Shown: positions 51,265 to 62,039 of the stretch, in pieces | How the letters are laid out: each line of letters starts with the position of its first letter | Position numbering within the stretch: position 1 is the stretch's first letter | Origin: an uncultured bacterium | GTDB taxonomy: Bacteria; Oederibacteriota; PGYV01; CAWJRG01 | Length of the DNA stretch: 64,000 nucleotides | Direction: 5' to 3' | Assembly (NCBI GenBank): GCA_963845185.1 | Contig: CAWJRG010000009.1 | Location: 576,001 to 640,000, forward strand | Program-made: the position numbers and the translations under genes | Notes under the pieces: model-generated | Database searches by the model: none | Told to the model about the DNA's origin: nothing | Seen by the model: the letters and a program-made list of their open reading frames with translations, nothing else

Positions 51265-51620
51265 TTTGCACCATCTTTTAACTTCTCCTTGCCTTCTTCG
51301 CCCGGATATGGCCCGCCGAATAAACTCTCTCTTTTCTTTGGTGCTTTTGCAAGGTGTTGACAGGCTTTTTTTAAAAAGTCATTGTCCATAGTCATCTGCC
51401 CAAGCTTGCGTTCAAGCTCCCGGACATGTTCTTTAAGCCCCTCGACTTCATCAGGTTCATTGCCGTATTTGCCACGGGCATAATTTTGCTTCCAATTCTG
51501 GAGTAATCCCCCTGATATTCCATATTTCCGGCTTATCTGCGCCGGCGTACTTACCTTGGATAGCAATTCTTCTACTACTTGTATCCTAAATTCTTTGTCA
51601 AAAACTCTCTTTGGTTTCAT
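51261..51620 (-). CDS. IS3 OrfA (HTH)
   Basis: FDKEFRIQVV...ISRKYGIS; A7G slippery site at 51372-51365. Confidence 0.92.
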   Translation of the reverse strand: MKPKRVFDKEFRIQVVEELLSKVSTPAQISRKYGISGGLLQNWKQNYARGKYGNEPDEVEGLKEHVRELERKLGQMTMDNDFLKKACQHLAKAPKKRESLFGGPYPGEEGKEKLKDGAK

Positions 51621-52016
51621 AGATGGTCTCCTTTGCCTTATCAGGCCAGGTCTCCGTCTATTCTAACACATGTGTCCAGTCTCTTGGGTGCAGCCCACAG
51701 GGTATTAAAATCAAAAGGTTATTTAATAATAGCGCATCCGAAACCAATGAAATTATCTGTAATTATTTCACTGATAAGAGATGAAGGGGTTTTTAATGGT
51801 ATATGGACTTTATTGAAACTTTCCAAAGTGTTCTTTTTTAACGTGCTTTTAAAGTTCTTATATAAGAGGGTTTATGGGGAAATTCCCGCCAGCGATATAA
51901 TAGAATATATGAAGAAAAAAAAATACAAATTACTAATGCGAAAAAGTATTTACAGCAATATCGATGATTTAATTATACTTAAAAAAGTAAAATAAATTAT
52001 TTAACGGAGGTATTAG

Positions 52017-53395
52017 ATGGACAAAATAAAGAAAATAGTGCTTGTGAATCCCATGTATAAAAGGCCGGGTTATTATGGAGGGCTTCACAGTGGATATCAG
52101 CCGCTTGCGCTGGGAGTGCTGGCTACGCTAACCCCTAAAGATATCGAAATAATACTGATAGATGAAAAATTTGAGAATTATGACGAGGCAATTAAAAAGA
52201 TACAAAATGTTGATATCGTAGGCATTACCGGATTTACTACAAATATCACTCGTGGATATGAAATAGCAAAAAAAACCAAGGAAAATGGCATACCGGTTAT
52301 CATGGGAGGCGTGCATGTTTCTTTTATGCCTGAAGAAGCGCTGAAATATTGTGATAGCGTTGTAATAGGAGAGGCAGAAGGATTATGGGAACAGGTTCTC
52401 GCAGATGCAGAACAAGGTTCGTTAAAAAAAACATATGTGCATAATGGAAATATTGAAGATATTAAGCCCCGGGCGGCAAGACGTGATATCTTTGATAAAT
52501 ATGATTATGCAATAGGGGGGCTACAAACAGCAAGAGGCTGCCCTATGAACTGCGATTTTTGTTCGGTTACTGCTTATAATGGTTTCAAGTACAGGAAAAG
52601 GGATATAGACGATGTCATAAATGAATTAAAGCAGATCAAACAAAAAGAGATCCTCGTTTTTGATGATAATATCATTGGAAGAACAAAAGAACAAAAAGAA
52701 CATTCACTTAATTTATTTAAAAGGATAGTCAAGGAAAAAATAAATAAATTATGGGTCTGCCAGTCATCTTTAAACGTTGCTGAAGATGAGGAACTCCTTA
52801 AATGGATGTATAAAAGCGGATGCAGGATAATGCTTGTTGGCATTGAAAGCGTTGATAAAGACAATCTTAGAGCCATGAATAAAGCATATAATCTGAGTGC
52901 ATACGAAAGGTATGCGGAGCTCATAAACAGGATACATAAAAACGGCATGGCCTTAATTGGATCTTTCATTATAGGGTATCCAAACGACGGCATGCATACA
53001 GTAAAGGCAATATCCGATTTTATCAATGATTTTAAAATCGATGTTTTTGTTATATCACATTTGACTCCCTTGCCGGGACCAGGCTTTTTCAAAAAATGCA
53101 AAATGAAAACAGGGTATTGACTTCTAATTACCCCGAAGATTGGAAGAGGTATTCATTAGTCAACGTTGTTTATAAACATGAGAAACTTTCAAAAGAAGAA
53201 CTTGAAAAAATAATGTACGAACTCAGAGAAAAATTAACCGTGCCTTTTAATTTTTTATTAGTGAGATTTTTCAGGACGCTTAGGGAGACGGGAAAACTGC
53301 TAACGGCATTTTTAGCATTAAGGCACAGTTTTTTTTACAGGCAGACCTACATGAAAAGATATAAACTTATTAAAAAATCGCAGAATGTAATTTAA
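52017..53395 (+). pseudogene. cobalamin-binding radical SAM protein, frameshifted near 53077
   Basis: MGGVH, VVIGEAE, RGCPMNCDFC; adding one base restores TPLPGTRL and joins 53096-53395. Confidence 0.85.
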
Positions 53396-53448
53396 GATTT
53401 TGTACGAAAAAAGCCGATATAAATATTTTTTTTAACCGGGAGCCAATT

Positions 53449-55536
53449 GTGAGAAATATTGTTTTTAATTTAGGTTTATACGAAATACAAACGCTTATAG
53501 CTGCTTTGGGGACGCTTTTATTCGGCTTAGTGAGTTTATTAAGAAATCCCAAAAATAAATTAAATATTACCCTCGCTCTTTTTAATTTTATGGTTATGTT
53601 TTGGATGATAGATTTGTTTCTTATAAGGACTGCAAATAGTGTTAATGCGGCAAATACTATATCGAGATTTCTAAGGCCGACCTTGTTATTCATACCTGTT
53701 TTTTTCATAAGATTTGTAATCTTGTTTGTAAAATTAGAAAACCGCTGGATAAAACTAATATATAACTTTTTGTTATATTTCATGGTTATTATTTCAATAT
53801 TGAATATAATGGGTATTGGATTTAAGGGTTTTTCATATAAACCTGAGTATGGTTACGTGGCGAAGCCTGATTTTATTTATTTTTGTCTTATTATAAATTT
53901 TCTAACTGCATTAACGATAGGCATATATACGCTTATAAAAAAATATTTATCGTCAAACATACTATCTATTGAGAAAAAACAAACACAATATCTATTATTG
54001 GCATTTGTAATATTAACCATTTTTGGTGTAATGAATGTCCTTAATATTTTTGGCATAAAAATATATCCCATGGGCGGTTTTGGCGGGCTTTTATATACAT
54101 TTATCATCACTTATGCCGTATTGAATTATGATTTATTAAGAATAAAGGAATTATTGGTTAAAGCACTTGTATATTGCATCATTGGCCTGGTTTTATTATC
54201 TATATACGCCATATTGCTGCCTGTCCTGGAAAAAATTCCGGATATTAAAAGGCAGCTCGCGGTCAGCTTGTTCGCCGGTATAACGGCAATATTTTTAATT
54301 ACCAAGCTGTATGAAATATTAAATAAATTCGCGGGCGAGATATTTTTAAACAAAAAAGACCTGGAAAGGTCAGCCGTCACCATCCGGGAACAAACAGCAA
54401 CCAAGACAAATCTGGATGAAATTCTTAATGAAATCAACAGCGCGGCAATAAAAGTACTTGAGCTGAAAAGCTCGTATTTTTTAGTCCAATACGGAAAAGA
54501 CAATAATTTTGCCAATGCTGAAAAAAGGGCAAACCTGACGCAGGAACACCCGCTGATAAAATTGCTTATTTCAAAAAAGCAAAAAATATATTTTGAGGAA
54601 TTAAACAACCGGTTATATTATTTAATAGGCGAAAAGGGGATAAAAAGCGATATTGAGCAAATGATTGCCGTGATGAAACAGTTTGAGGCGGCTGCGTGTT
54701 TTCCTGTTTTTATCGGCAGCAATTTAAAAGGCGCATGGTTTTTGGGAGAAAGAAAATCAAAGAACGTATATTCCCGTGAGGAGATAAGGTTTATAAACAG
54801 CGTTATTTACAACCTTTCGGTGCGCATGGAAAATATATTGCTTTACGAACAGCTTGCGAGTTCTGAGAGGCTTGTCATGCTCGGTAAAATGGCCGCTGCT
54901 GTCGCGCATGAAATAAGAAACCCGCTTACAGGACTCGGCGGTTTTGTGGAAATGATGGCAAGCAAAAAAAACGGGGACGCAGTGCTGATGGGGAAATTCC
55001 TGGAAATAGCCCCTGCTGAGTTCAAGAGGCTGGAAAAACTCACCGATAATCTTTTAGCCCTCAGCCATACGACAAAAATCAAGCTGGAAAATGTCGATAT
55101 AGCCGCTGTAATTGACGATGTAAATTTATTTATGTCGCATGTCCACAAAATGTATGGAATACAGGTAGTAAAGAATTTTAATCAACTGCCTCTTATTCAC
55201 GCGGACAAGGAACAAACCATGCAGGTTATTCTTAATGTAATGATAAACGCGATACAGTCTATGCCCGAAGGCGGCACAGTCGAGGTTACTGCTAATAATG
55301 AAATGCGTGACGGCAAAGAATATTTAATAATAAGCGTTAAAGACACGGGCTGCGGAATAGATGAAAACATAAAGGATAAAATATTCGAACCTTTTTTTAC
55401 GACAAAAGCCGACGGTACAGGACTGGGGCTTGCGGTAAGCAAAAAGATAATGGAACTGCATAACGGGTTCATAGAAGTAAAAACCAGGAAGGGGGAAGGC
55501 AGCACTTTTTATTTGTGGTTCCCTTTAAAACAATAA
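53449..55536 (+). CDS. membrane sensor histidine kinase (multi-TM N-terminus, GAF-like, HisKA, HATPase)
   Basis: AHEIRNPL, NAIQS, DTGCGI, FFTTK..GTGLGL. Confidence 0.93.
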   Translation: MRNIVFNLGLYEIQTLIAALGTLLFGLVSLLRNPKNKLNITLALFNFMVMFWMIDLFLIRTANSVNAANTISRFLRPTLLFIPVFFIRFVILFVKLENRWIKLIYNFLLYFMVIISILNIMGIGFKGFSYKPEYGYVAKPDFIYFCLIINFLTALTIGIYTLIKKYLSSNILSIEKKQTQYLLLAFVILTIFGVMNVLNIFGIKIYPMGGFGGLLYTFIITYAVLNYDLLRIKELLVKALVYCIIGLVLLSIYAILLPVLEKIPDIKRQLAVSLFAGITAIFLITKLYEILNKFAGEIFLNKKDLERSAVTIREQTATKTNLDEILNEINSAAIKVLELKSSYFLVQYGKDNNFANAEKRANLTQEHPLIKLLISKKQKIYFEELNNRLYYLIGEKGIKSDIEQMIAVMKQFEAAACFPVFIGSNLKGAWFLGERKSKNVYSREEIRFINSVIYNLSVRMENILLYEQLASSERLVMLGKMAAAVAHEIRNPLTGLGGFVEMMASKKNGDAVLMGKFLEIAPAEFKRLEKLTDNLLALSHTTKIKLENVDIAAVIDDVNLFMSHVHKMYGIQVVKNFNQLPLIHADKEQTMQVILNVMINAIQSMPEGGTVEVTANNEMRDGKEYLIISVKDTGCGIDENIKDKIFEPFFTTKADGTGLGLAVSKKIMELHNGFIEVKTRKGEGSTFYLWFPLKQ

Positions 55537-55706
55537 TTTATATCTTAAATAATTATATTAAAGAGTCATAAAATTCCTTCCAAAAATCAAACAAACAATT
55601 ACATTCCAGCAAAAAAAAAATTAAAGATCGCTTGCCATTTGTAAATACATTTGATACACTATACTTAGTTCCAGTAAACTTAAATTAATTAAACGGAGAG
55701 TGAAAA

Positions 55707-56840
55707 ATGCTGGAAAGCAGGTTGCTTATTGTTGACGATGAATATTCGATAAGGGAAGCACTGAAACTTTTTTTCGATGGCAAGGGGTTTAAAACAGAAA
55801 TAGCCGTAAACGGCCTTGAAGCGATAGATTTTATAGAAAAAGAAGATTTTGATATAGTTGTTTCCGATGTCCGCATGGACAAAATCGACGGGCTGGCCCT
55901 CCTGAAAAAAATAAAAGAATACAACAGAAAAATGCCTGTCATACTTATCACGGCATACGCGGATTTAAACGGCGCAATTGAGGCCCTGAGGAACGGGGCT
56001 TCGGAATACGTAATCAAGCCGTTTAACATGGAAGCCATGGCTGAAAAAGTCGACAAAGTCTTAAAACTGGCAAAAGACACATCAGAAGAAACTTATGTAA
56101 AAAAATATGAGGAGCAAAAAGTTGATTTTATAACACGGTTTTCGCATGAATTGAGGACACCCTTGACGCCGGTTTACGGATATATAAGCCTTATGCTTAA
56201 AAAAGAATTCGGGGAAATTCCAATTCCACAAATGGAAGTGGTCAAAACAATACATAAAAACAGCAAAAGGCTTAAAAGAATAATCGACGACCTTATAATG
56301 ATTTACTATATTGATTATATGAATGAAATACCCGTGATCCAGAAATATGAAATAGTAAAACTAATTGACGACACCCTTAAGGAAGAAGATGAGGTTATCA
56401 AAAAGAAAAATCAGGCAGTGGAAATAAAAATTTACGACGGGATTGAAACCGTAGACTGCGACAGGGATAAAATGAAAAGGGTTTTATTTCACCTTATTGA
56501 CAACGCTGTCAAGTTCAGCCCTGCCTCGTCGAAAATTATCATAGAAATCAGCAACTTCGAGCACAGGGGCAAAGATCATATCAAATTTTCAGTTAAAGAC
56601 AACAGCGTGAGGCTGAAAACAAACAAGCGGCTTATATTCAGGCAATTTTACGAGTTTACAAGCAACGCCGACGACCCTTTTGTAAGCAAGGAAATCAAGG
56701 GCATGGGCATCGGCCTTACCCTGTCGAAGAGCATAGTCGAGTTACACGGCGGGAAAATCTGGATTGAAAGTGAAGGCGAAGATTTACTGTCGGGAAATAC
56801 TTTCAGTTTTATCCTGCCGATAGTGCAGTTAAGAAAATAA
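55707..56840 (+). CDS. hybrid receiver-histidine kinase
   Basis: IVDDE...SDVRM...KPF, then SHELRTPL, DNAVKF, GMGIGL. Confidence 0.92.
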   Translation: MLESRLLIVDDEYSIREALKLFFDGKGFKTEIAVNGLEAIDFIEKEDFDIVVSDVRMDKIDGLALLKKIKEYNRKMPVILITAYADLNGAIEALRNGASEYVIKPFNMEAMAEKVDKVLKLAKDTSEETYVKKYEEQKVDFITRFSHELRTPLTPVYGYISLMLKKEFGEIPIPQMEVVKTIHKNSKRLKRIIDDLIMIYYIDYMNEIPVIQKYEIVKLIDDTLKEEDEVIKKKNQAVEIKIYDGIETVDCDRDKMKRVLFHLIDNAVKFSPASSKIIIEISNFEHRGKDHIKFSVKDNSVRLKTNKRLIFRQFYEFTSNADDPFVSKEIKGMGIGLTLSKSIVELHGGKIWIESEGEDLLSGNTFSFILPIVQLRK

Positions 56841-56964
56841 TTTAATCCAGAAAGAAATCCCCCAACTTCAGTTGGTGGGATGAATGATACCTTTCTGGAG
56901 GGAACTCTTTATAACCTCCGGTGGGTTTTAGAGGAGCCGCCGACTTCAGTCGGCGGGGTTCCAC
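56841..56964 (+). mobile_element. IS200/IS605-end-like palindromic element, copy B
   Basis: CCAAC-TTCA-GTTGG and CCGCCGAC-TTCA-GTCGGCGG hairpins, ends TTCCAC; inverted match to 10603-10725. Confidence 0.6.
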
Positions 56965-57167
56965 TACTAGGCATTAAATCAAAAAAACAAAACCCGCTAA
57001 TATATGTTCCGGCCATGTCAAGCCTGTTTCTCATCAACCTTTGGTTTCCCGGTTTAAATATATGATATAATATTTTTGATGTATCTTTGCATGCCTATCC
57101 GGGCTGATATCTGGGCAGACAGGCACCCAAGCACAGCAGGCATTGGGCAGAAAGCAGGTTAAAAAGC

Positions 57168-59084
57168 ATGATTAGGCGTACCTTGAATCATACAATTGTC
57201 CGTAAGCTAAAAAGTCCTGAAACAATAAAGGTTCCTTTTGGAAAGTATTTTTTAGTACTTATATTTATTTTTGTTTGCGCAAATTTATACTCAAATTCGG
57301 ATAATCAAAACGCAACTTATCTTGTCTGGGAAGACACAAGCCAGGATGAGGGCCAGCTCCATATATTTGCAGTGTTTCCAAACACAACAGTTACGGTTTA
57401 TAAGGCAGAAGTGCCGGGAAATATAATACAGGAGGCCACTGGCATAACCAATTATAGTCTGGCTTATGCTGGCCAGCCCATTAACTGGATAAACATAGCG
57501 GGCGGGCCTTTTGAAAGGGAATTTTTCAAAATAACATCCAATTATCCTGTGATAGCACAATTACAGACCGAAATCAGCGTGCAAAGCCGTGATTTTGAAA
57601 CAGACCTTATTTCAACAAACGGGACTTATACAGGCAGTACATTTTATACATATATGCAGTACATGACCGATGATAATACAACGTCGTACGGTAGTGTCAT
57701 TACTGTTTTTAATCCTGACACGGTTGCTAAAACAGTAACTATAAGCGGCTGGGGAGGGACGGCATACAGTGTTGCCCCTTATGTTTTTTCAGTGCCGTCC
57801 GACGGCGTATATACCTATGGCGGAACCAATGCCTCAGCCACAGGATATTATCAAATACAATGTTCAGACGGCAATATATCCGTTATGGAAGGCAACGGCC
57901 AGACAAGCGATAACGATAACTGGTTTGAGTATGGTGTTGACTGGAATACAGGCAGAAAAATAGGTGGTTTGATATACGGTAAATTCGGCAGCAACCCAAC
58001 TAAAATTATTATTACAGGCGTAAGCGGGGCGCCGTCATACCAGGTTTATACCATGCCCATACCTGCATTGATGAGCTCAAGTAATGCATGGACATTTTAT
58101 GCATCCGGCACAGTAGGGGTAGGAGCTGAAGAACTTTTAAACCCTCCGGACAGCACAGGCGCGTATAAAGTGGTTGTGACCGGGGGGACGGTGAATGTAG
58201 GCGGCGGAACCGACGACCTGTCAATGGGCGTGTCGGACGGGGATTATATTTCGGGGACAAATACAAATTCACCGCTTGACAATGATTTTTATTTTTCGAC
58301 AGCGACACTGCCTATGGGAATCAACGGAAGCATGACCCTGTCTGTTGTATGCCCGACATCCGGTACGGCGGTAAACCTGTCGCCCGCAGGCGGTACTACA
58401 ATGAACGGAATAAACCCGACCACGGCCGAGGACATGGCTATTGACTGGCTGGGCCTGCCCTTTAACACAACTTTTCATGTGACATCAAATAACCCTGTTT
58501 ATTGTTTTATACAGGGGCCTGACGGCGGCGAAAAAGCCATTAGCATGTCTTTCCTGCTCATACCATCTCCTACAATAACTCCAATTGTTACGGAAATACC
58601 AACGCCCACATTTACTATAACGCCGACCAATACAATCACGAATATTGATACTTCAACCATAACAGCGACATCAACTATAACCGCCACAGAAACCATAACC
58701 GCTTCGCAAACAAATACCATTACAACAACACAAACTCAAACATCTACAGCAAGTATGACTTGCACAATAACAGTAACACCTACGCCTTTAGTTCCGCTTT
58801 GCCTGATTTTATACAAAAATTCGCCGAACCCATGTTCAGACAGCACAAATATAATTTATCAGTTATGTGATGAGGCAAATGTAAATGTAAAAATATACAC
58901 GATAAGCGGCGAGGTTGTGAGGGGATTTTCGCAGCAGGGCGTTGCGGGCATGAACAGCATATACTGGGACACTAAAAATAAAGCAGGCAAAGGAGTGGCA
59001 AGCGGCGTGTATATTTACAGCCTGGAGGCAGCGGACAGCAGGACAAAGCAAAAAGCATGGGGAAAGATGGCAGTTGTAAAATAG
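57168..59084 (+). CDS. secreted protein with Thr-rich linker and FlgD-Ig/T9SS-like C-terminal domain
   Basis: Hydrophobic N-region, long T-x-T tract, NSPNP...KIYTISGE...WD...ASGVYIY; start uncertain. Confidence 0.75.
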   Translation: MIRRTLNHTIVRKLKSPETIKVPFGKYFLVLIFIFVCANLYSNSDNQNATYLVWEDTSQDEGQLHIFAVFPNTTVTVYKAEVPGNIIQEATGITNYSLAYAGQPINWINIAGGPFEREFFKITSNYPVIAQLQTEISVQSRDFETDLISTNGTYTGSTFYTYMQYMTDDNTTSYGSVITVFNPDTVAKTVTISGWGGTAYSVAPYVFSVPSDGVYTYGGTNASATGYYQIQCSDGNISVMEGNGQTSDNDNWFEYGVDWNTGRKIGGLIYGKFGSNPTKIIITGVSGAPSYQVYTMPIPALMSSSNAWTFYASGTVGVGAEELLNPPDSTGAYKVVVTGGTVNVGGGTDDLSMGVSDGDYISGTNTNSPLDNDFYFSTATLPMGINGSMTLSVVCPTSGTAVNLSPAGGTTMNGINPTTAEDMAIDWLGLPFNTTFHVTSNNPVYCFIQGPDGGEKAISMSFLLIPSPTITPIVTEIPTPTFTITPTNTITNIDTSTITATSTITATETITASQTNTITTTQTQTSTASMTCTITVTPTPLVPLCLILYKNSPNPCSDSTNIIYQLCDEANVNVKIYTISGEVVRGFSQQGVAGMNSIYWDTKNKAGKGVASGVYIYSLEAADSRTKQKAWGKMAVVK

Positions 59085-59162
59085 TCGGAACTTTTCAACC
59101 TGAGGTTTGTCTAATTATCGCAATAAAAAAAATTCAGTTTTTACGATATGAGGAGATTATAA

Positions 59163-61889
59163 ATGCGTTTAAGATTTTTTTTATGTGGCCTCTTATTAAT
59201 TTCTATTTGCGCGCCTGTTCATGCCGATGTCTGGGCAGACAGGCACGGCACGACAAGCACGGCAGGCATGGATTCAGGCACAAGATATAACCCGTACACT
59301 ACATCAATACCGCCGCTGGTATTGCTTTGGTCGCATACAAACTGGGACGGCACAGGGGTAAATACATTACAGGAATCTTCACCCGCAATAGTAAACGGTA
59401 TTGTTTATGCAGGCTCTTCAAACAATTTCAACGCGGCAAGCCATGGTTTATATGCATGGGATACAAATACAGGCACGCCTATTGCGGGTTTTCCAATAAG
59501 TACTCCCAATGACGTAATTTCGTCGCCTGCAGTGGCAAACGGGCTTGTGTATGACGCTTCATACGTAAGCGCCGGAAGCTTATACGCATTCAACGCGCTT
59601 ACAGGCGCGGGCATTGCCGGATTTCCCGGGGTCACAGGAAACCAGATATGGGCATCGCCTGCAGTAGCAAACGGGATTGTATATGAAGGAAGCCTGGACA
59701 ATAACTTATACGCATGGGACGCCGCGACCGGAGCCCCTGTTACAGGTTTTCCTGTGACTACAAGCGCGGCAATTTATTCATCACCTGCAATAGCAAATGG
59801 TATTGTTTATGTAGGTTCCACTGATTATAACTTATATGCCTGGAACGCAGCAACCGGAATCCCTATTGCAGGTTTTCCTGTGAGTACCGGCGGTGCAATT
59901 GTTTCGTCGCCTGCAGTCGCAAACGGAATAGTTTATGCAGGTTCGGATGATGGTGAATTACATGCATGGGACGCGGCGACAGGCTCAATTATTGCAGGTT
60001 TTCCTGCAACTACATCGCCAGTCAGGCCAATTGAATCATCACCGGCCATAGCGAATGGCGTAGTTTATATAAGTTCGGAAAATGGTAAAGTATATGCATG
60101 GAATGCCGCAACAGGCGCGAGTGTGACAGGTTTTCCGGTGCAATTGAACGGGCAAACAGATTCATCCCCGGCCGTAGCAAACGGTTATTTATATGTCGGT
60201 GACGACACCAATAACATCTATGCGATTGACATAACAAATGGAGCCCTTGTCTGGCGGTACCAGTTTCCGGATAATTATGCCGCTGAAGGCATTGATTTTT
60301 GTTCGCCCGCAATAGCAGAAAACAAGTTGTTTGTGACAACTGACGAGGGCAACGGAATATATGTATTTAGCATGTCAAACCCGGCTGTAACACCTACAAT
60401 AACCGAAACGCAGCCGGCTGCGACGGCTTCTGCGGTAATAACTCCAACTTTAACAATGACACCTACAAATTCATTTTCATCCACACCTACATATACTGCA
60501 ACTCCAATATCCGGGTCACCGCCCTGTTATATAACGCAATGGGGAACTTATGGAACCGGCAACGGGCAGTTTTATAGATCTGATGGAATAGCAGTAGACA
60601 GTGGCGGTAAAGTGTATGTCGCAGATACTCAGAACAACAGAATCCAGGAATTCAGCAATACAGGTACATATATCACCCAATGGGGCAGTGCCGGAACCGG
60701 CAATGGTCAGTTTGCAGAGCCTTGGAGAGTGGCAGTAGACAGTAGCGGGGATGTGTATGTCGCAGATACTCAGAACCATAGAATCCAGGAATTCAGCAAT
60801 ACGGGTACATATATAACCCAATGGGGCAGTGCCGGAACCGGCAACGGGCAGTTTGGGTCTCCTGAAGGAATAGCAATAGACAGCAGCGGAGACGTGTATG
60901 TTACAGATAATGGTAGTAATAGAATCCAGGAATTCAGCAATTCCGGCACATATATAACTCAATGGGGCAGTTATGGAAGCGGTAACGGGCAGTTTTGGGG
61001 TCCTGCTGGAATAGCAGTAGACAGTAGCGGAGACGTGTATGTTGCAGACGAAGGTAACAACAGAATCGAAGAATTCAGCAGTACAGGCGCGTATATAAAA
61101 CAATGGGGTGGACTTCCTTATGGAAGCGGTAATGGGCAATTTTATGTCCCTGAAGGAATAGCATTGGACAGCAACGGGAACGTGTATGTTACAGATGAAG
61201 GTAACAACAGAATAGAAGAATTCAGCAGTAATGGCACATATATAACCCAATGGGGCAGCGCCGGAACCGGCAACGGGCAATTTAATACCCCTGAAGGAAT
61301 AGCCGTAGACAGCAACGGGAATGTATATGTTGCAGACTCGGGTAATTACAGAATACAGGAATTCGGCGCATGCGCCAGCCCTATGCCGACTATGTTTGTT
61401 ACTTCTACGCAGACAAGCACTGTATCACCGACAATTACAATCACGGACACATATACAGCAACATTAACTATGACAGAAACGTTTACTGCAACACCAACTT
61501 CAACCATAACGCCGACCAATACTATTACAACAACACAAACATTTACGCTGACAGCAAGTATGACAAATACAGTAACCATAACACCCACGCCGGTAATACC
61601 GCTTTGTCTGTCTTTATATAAAAATTCGCCCAACCCATGTTCAAACAGTACGAATATAATTTACCAGTTATGCGATGAGGCAAATGTAAATGTAAAAATA
61701 TACACCATAAGCGGCGAGGTAGTTAGGGAGCTGACGCAGCAGGGCGTTGCGGGCATGAACAGCATATACTGGGACACTAAAAATAAAACAGGCAAAGGAG
61801 TGGCAAGCGGCGTGTATATTTACAGCCTGGAGGCAGCGGACAGCAGGACAAAGCAAAAAGCATGGGGAAAGATGGCTGTTTTAAAATAA
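59163..61889 (+). CDS. secreted PQQ-like propeller plus NHL propeller, Thr-rich linkers and FlgD-Ig/T9SS-like tail
   Basis: Signal peptide VHA-D, SSPAVANG repeats, six NHL repeats. Confidence 0.9.
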   Translation: MRLRFFLCGLLLISICAPVHADVWADRHGTTSTAGMDSGTRYNPYTTSIPPLVLLWSHTNWDGTGVNTLQESSPAIVNGIVYAGSSNNFNAASHGLYAWDTNTGTPIAGFPISTPNDVISSPAVANGLVYDASYVSAGSLYAFNALTGAGIAGFPGVTGNQIWASPAVANGIVYEGSLDNNLYAWDAATGAPVTGFPVTTSAAIYSSPAIANGIVYVGSTDYNLYAWNAATGIPIAGFPVSTGGAIVSSPAVANGIVYAGSDDGELHAWDAATGSIIAGFPATTSPVRPIESSPAIANGVVYISSENGKVYAWNAATGASVTGFPVQLNGQTDSSPAVANGYLYVGDDTNNIYAIDITNGALVWRYQFPDNYAAEGIDFCSPAIAENKLFVTTDEGNGIYVFSMSNPAVTPTITETQPAATASAVITPTLTMTPTNSFSSTPTYTATPISGSPPCYITQWGTYGTGNGQFYRSDGIAVDSGGKVYVADTQNNRIQEFSNTGTYITQWGSAGTGNGQFAEPWRVAVDSSGDVYVADTQNHRIQEFSNTGTYITQWGSAGTGNGQFGSPEGIAIDSSGDVYVTDNGSNRIQEFSNSGTYITQWGSYGSGNGQFWGPAGIAVDSSGDVYVADEGNNRIEEFSSTGAYIKQWGGLPYGSGNGQFYVPEGIALDSNGNVYVTDEGNNRIEEFSSNGTYITQWGSAGTGNGQFNTPEGIAVDSNGNVYVADSGNYRIQEFGACASPMPTMFVTSTQTSTVSPTITITDTYTATLTMTETFTATPTSTITPTNTITTTQTFTLTASMTNTVTITPTPVIPLCLSLYKNSPNPCSNSTNIIYQLCDEANVNVKIYTISGEVVRELTQQGVAGMNSIYWDTKNKTGKGVASGVYIYSLEAADSRTKQKAWGKMAVLK

Positions 61890-62039
61890 GATAGGGGCAA
61901 TTCAAGAATTGCCAGGTTCTTGCTGTTTACGCCTGCAAAATTAAACTTCATAATAACAAAAAAATATTGAATTAGTCTGTTTATAGGAGTATATTCCTTA
62001 TAACTGGCAGTTGAAAATTAGTAGAAAACGGAGGTTAAC

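Larger units (their letters stand above)
50424..51697 (-). mobile_element. IS3-family element (1274 bp) with 3-bp target duplication CAG
   Basis: TG...CA ends, imperfect IR with GGACAC/GTGTCC, CAG at 50421-50423 and 51698-51700. Confidence 0.95.
50002..51995 (+). pseudogene. class I SAM methyltransferase interrupted by IS3
   Basis: VLDAGCGTG; removing the IS and one CAG restores TLDEFN-RVLKSKGYLII. Confidence 0.9.
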
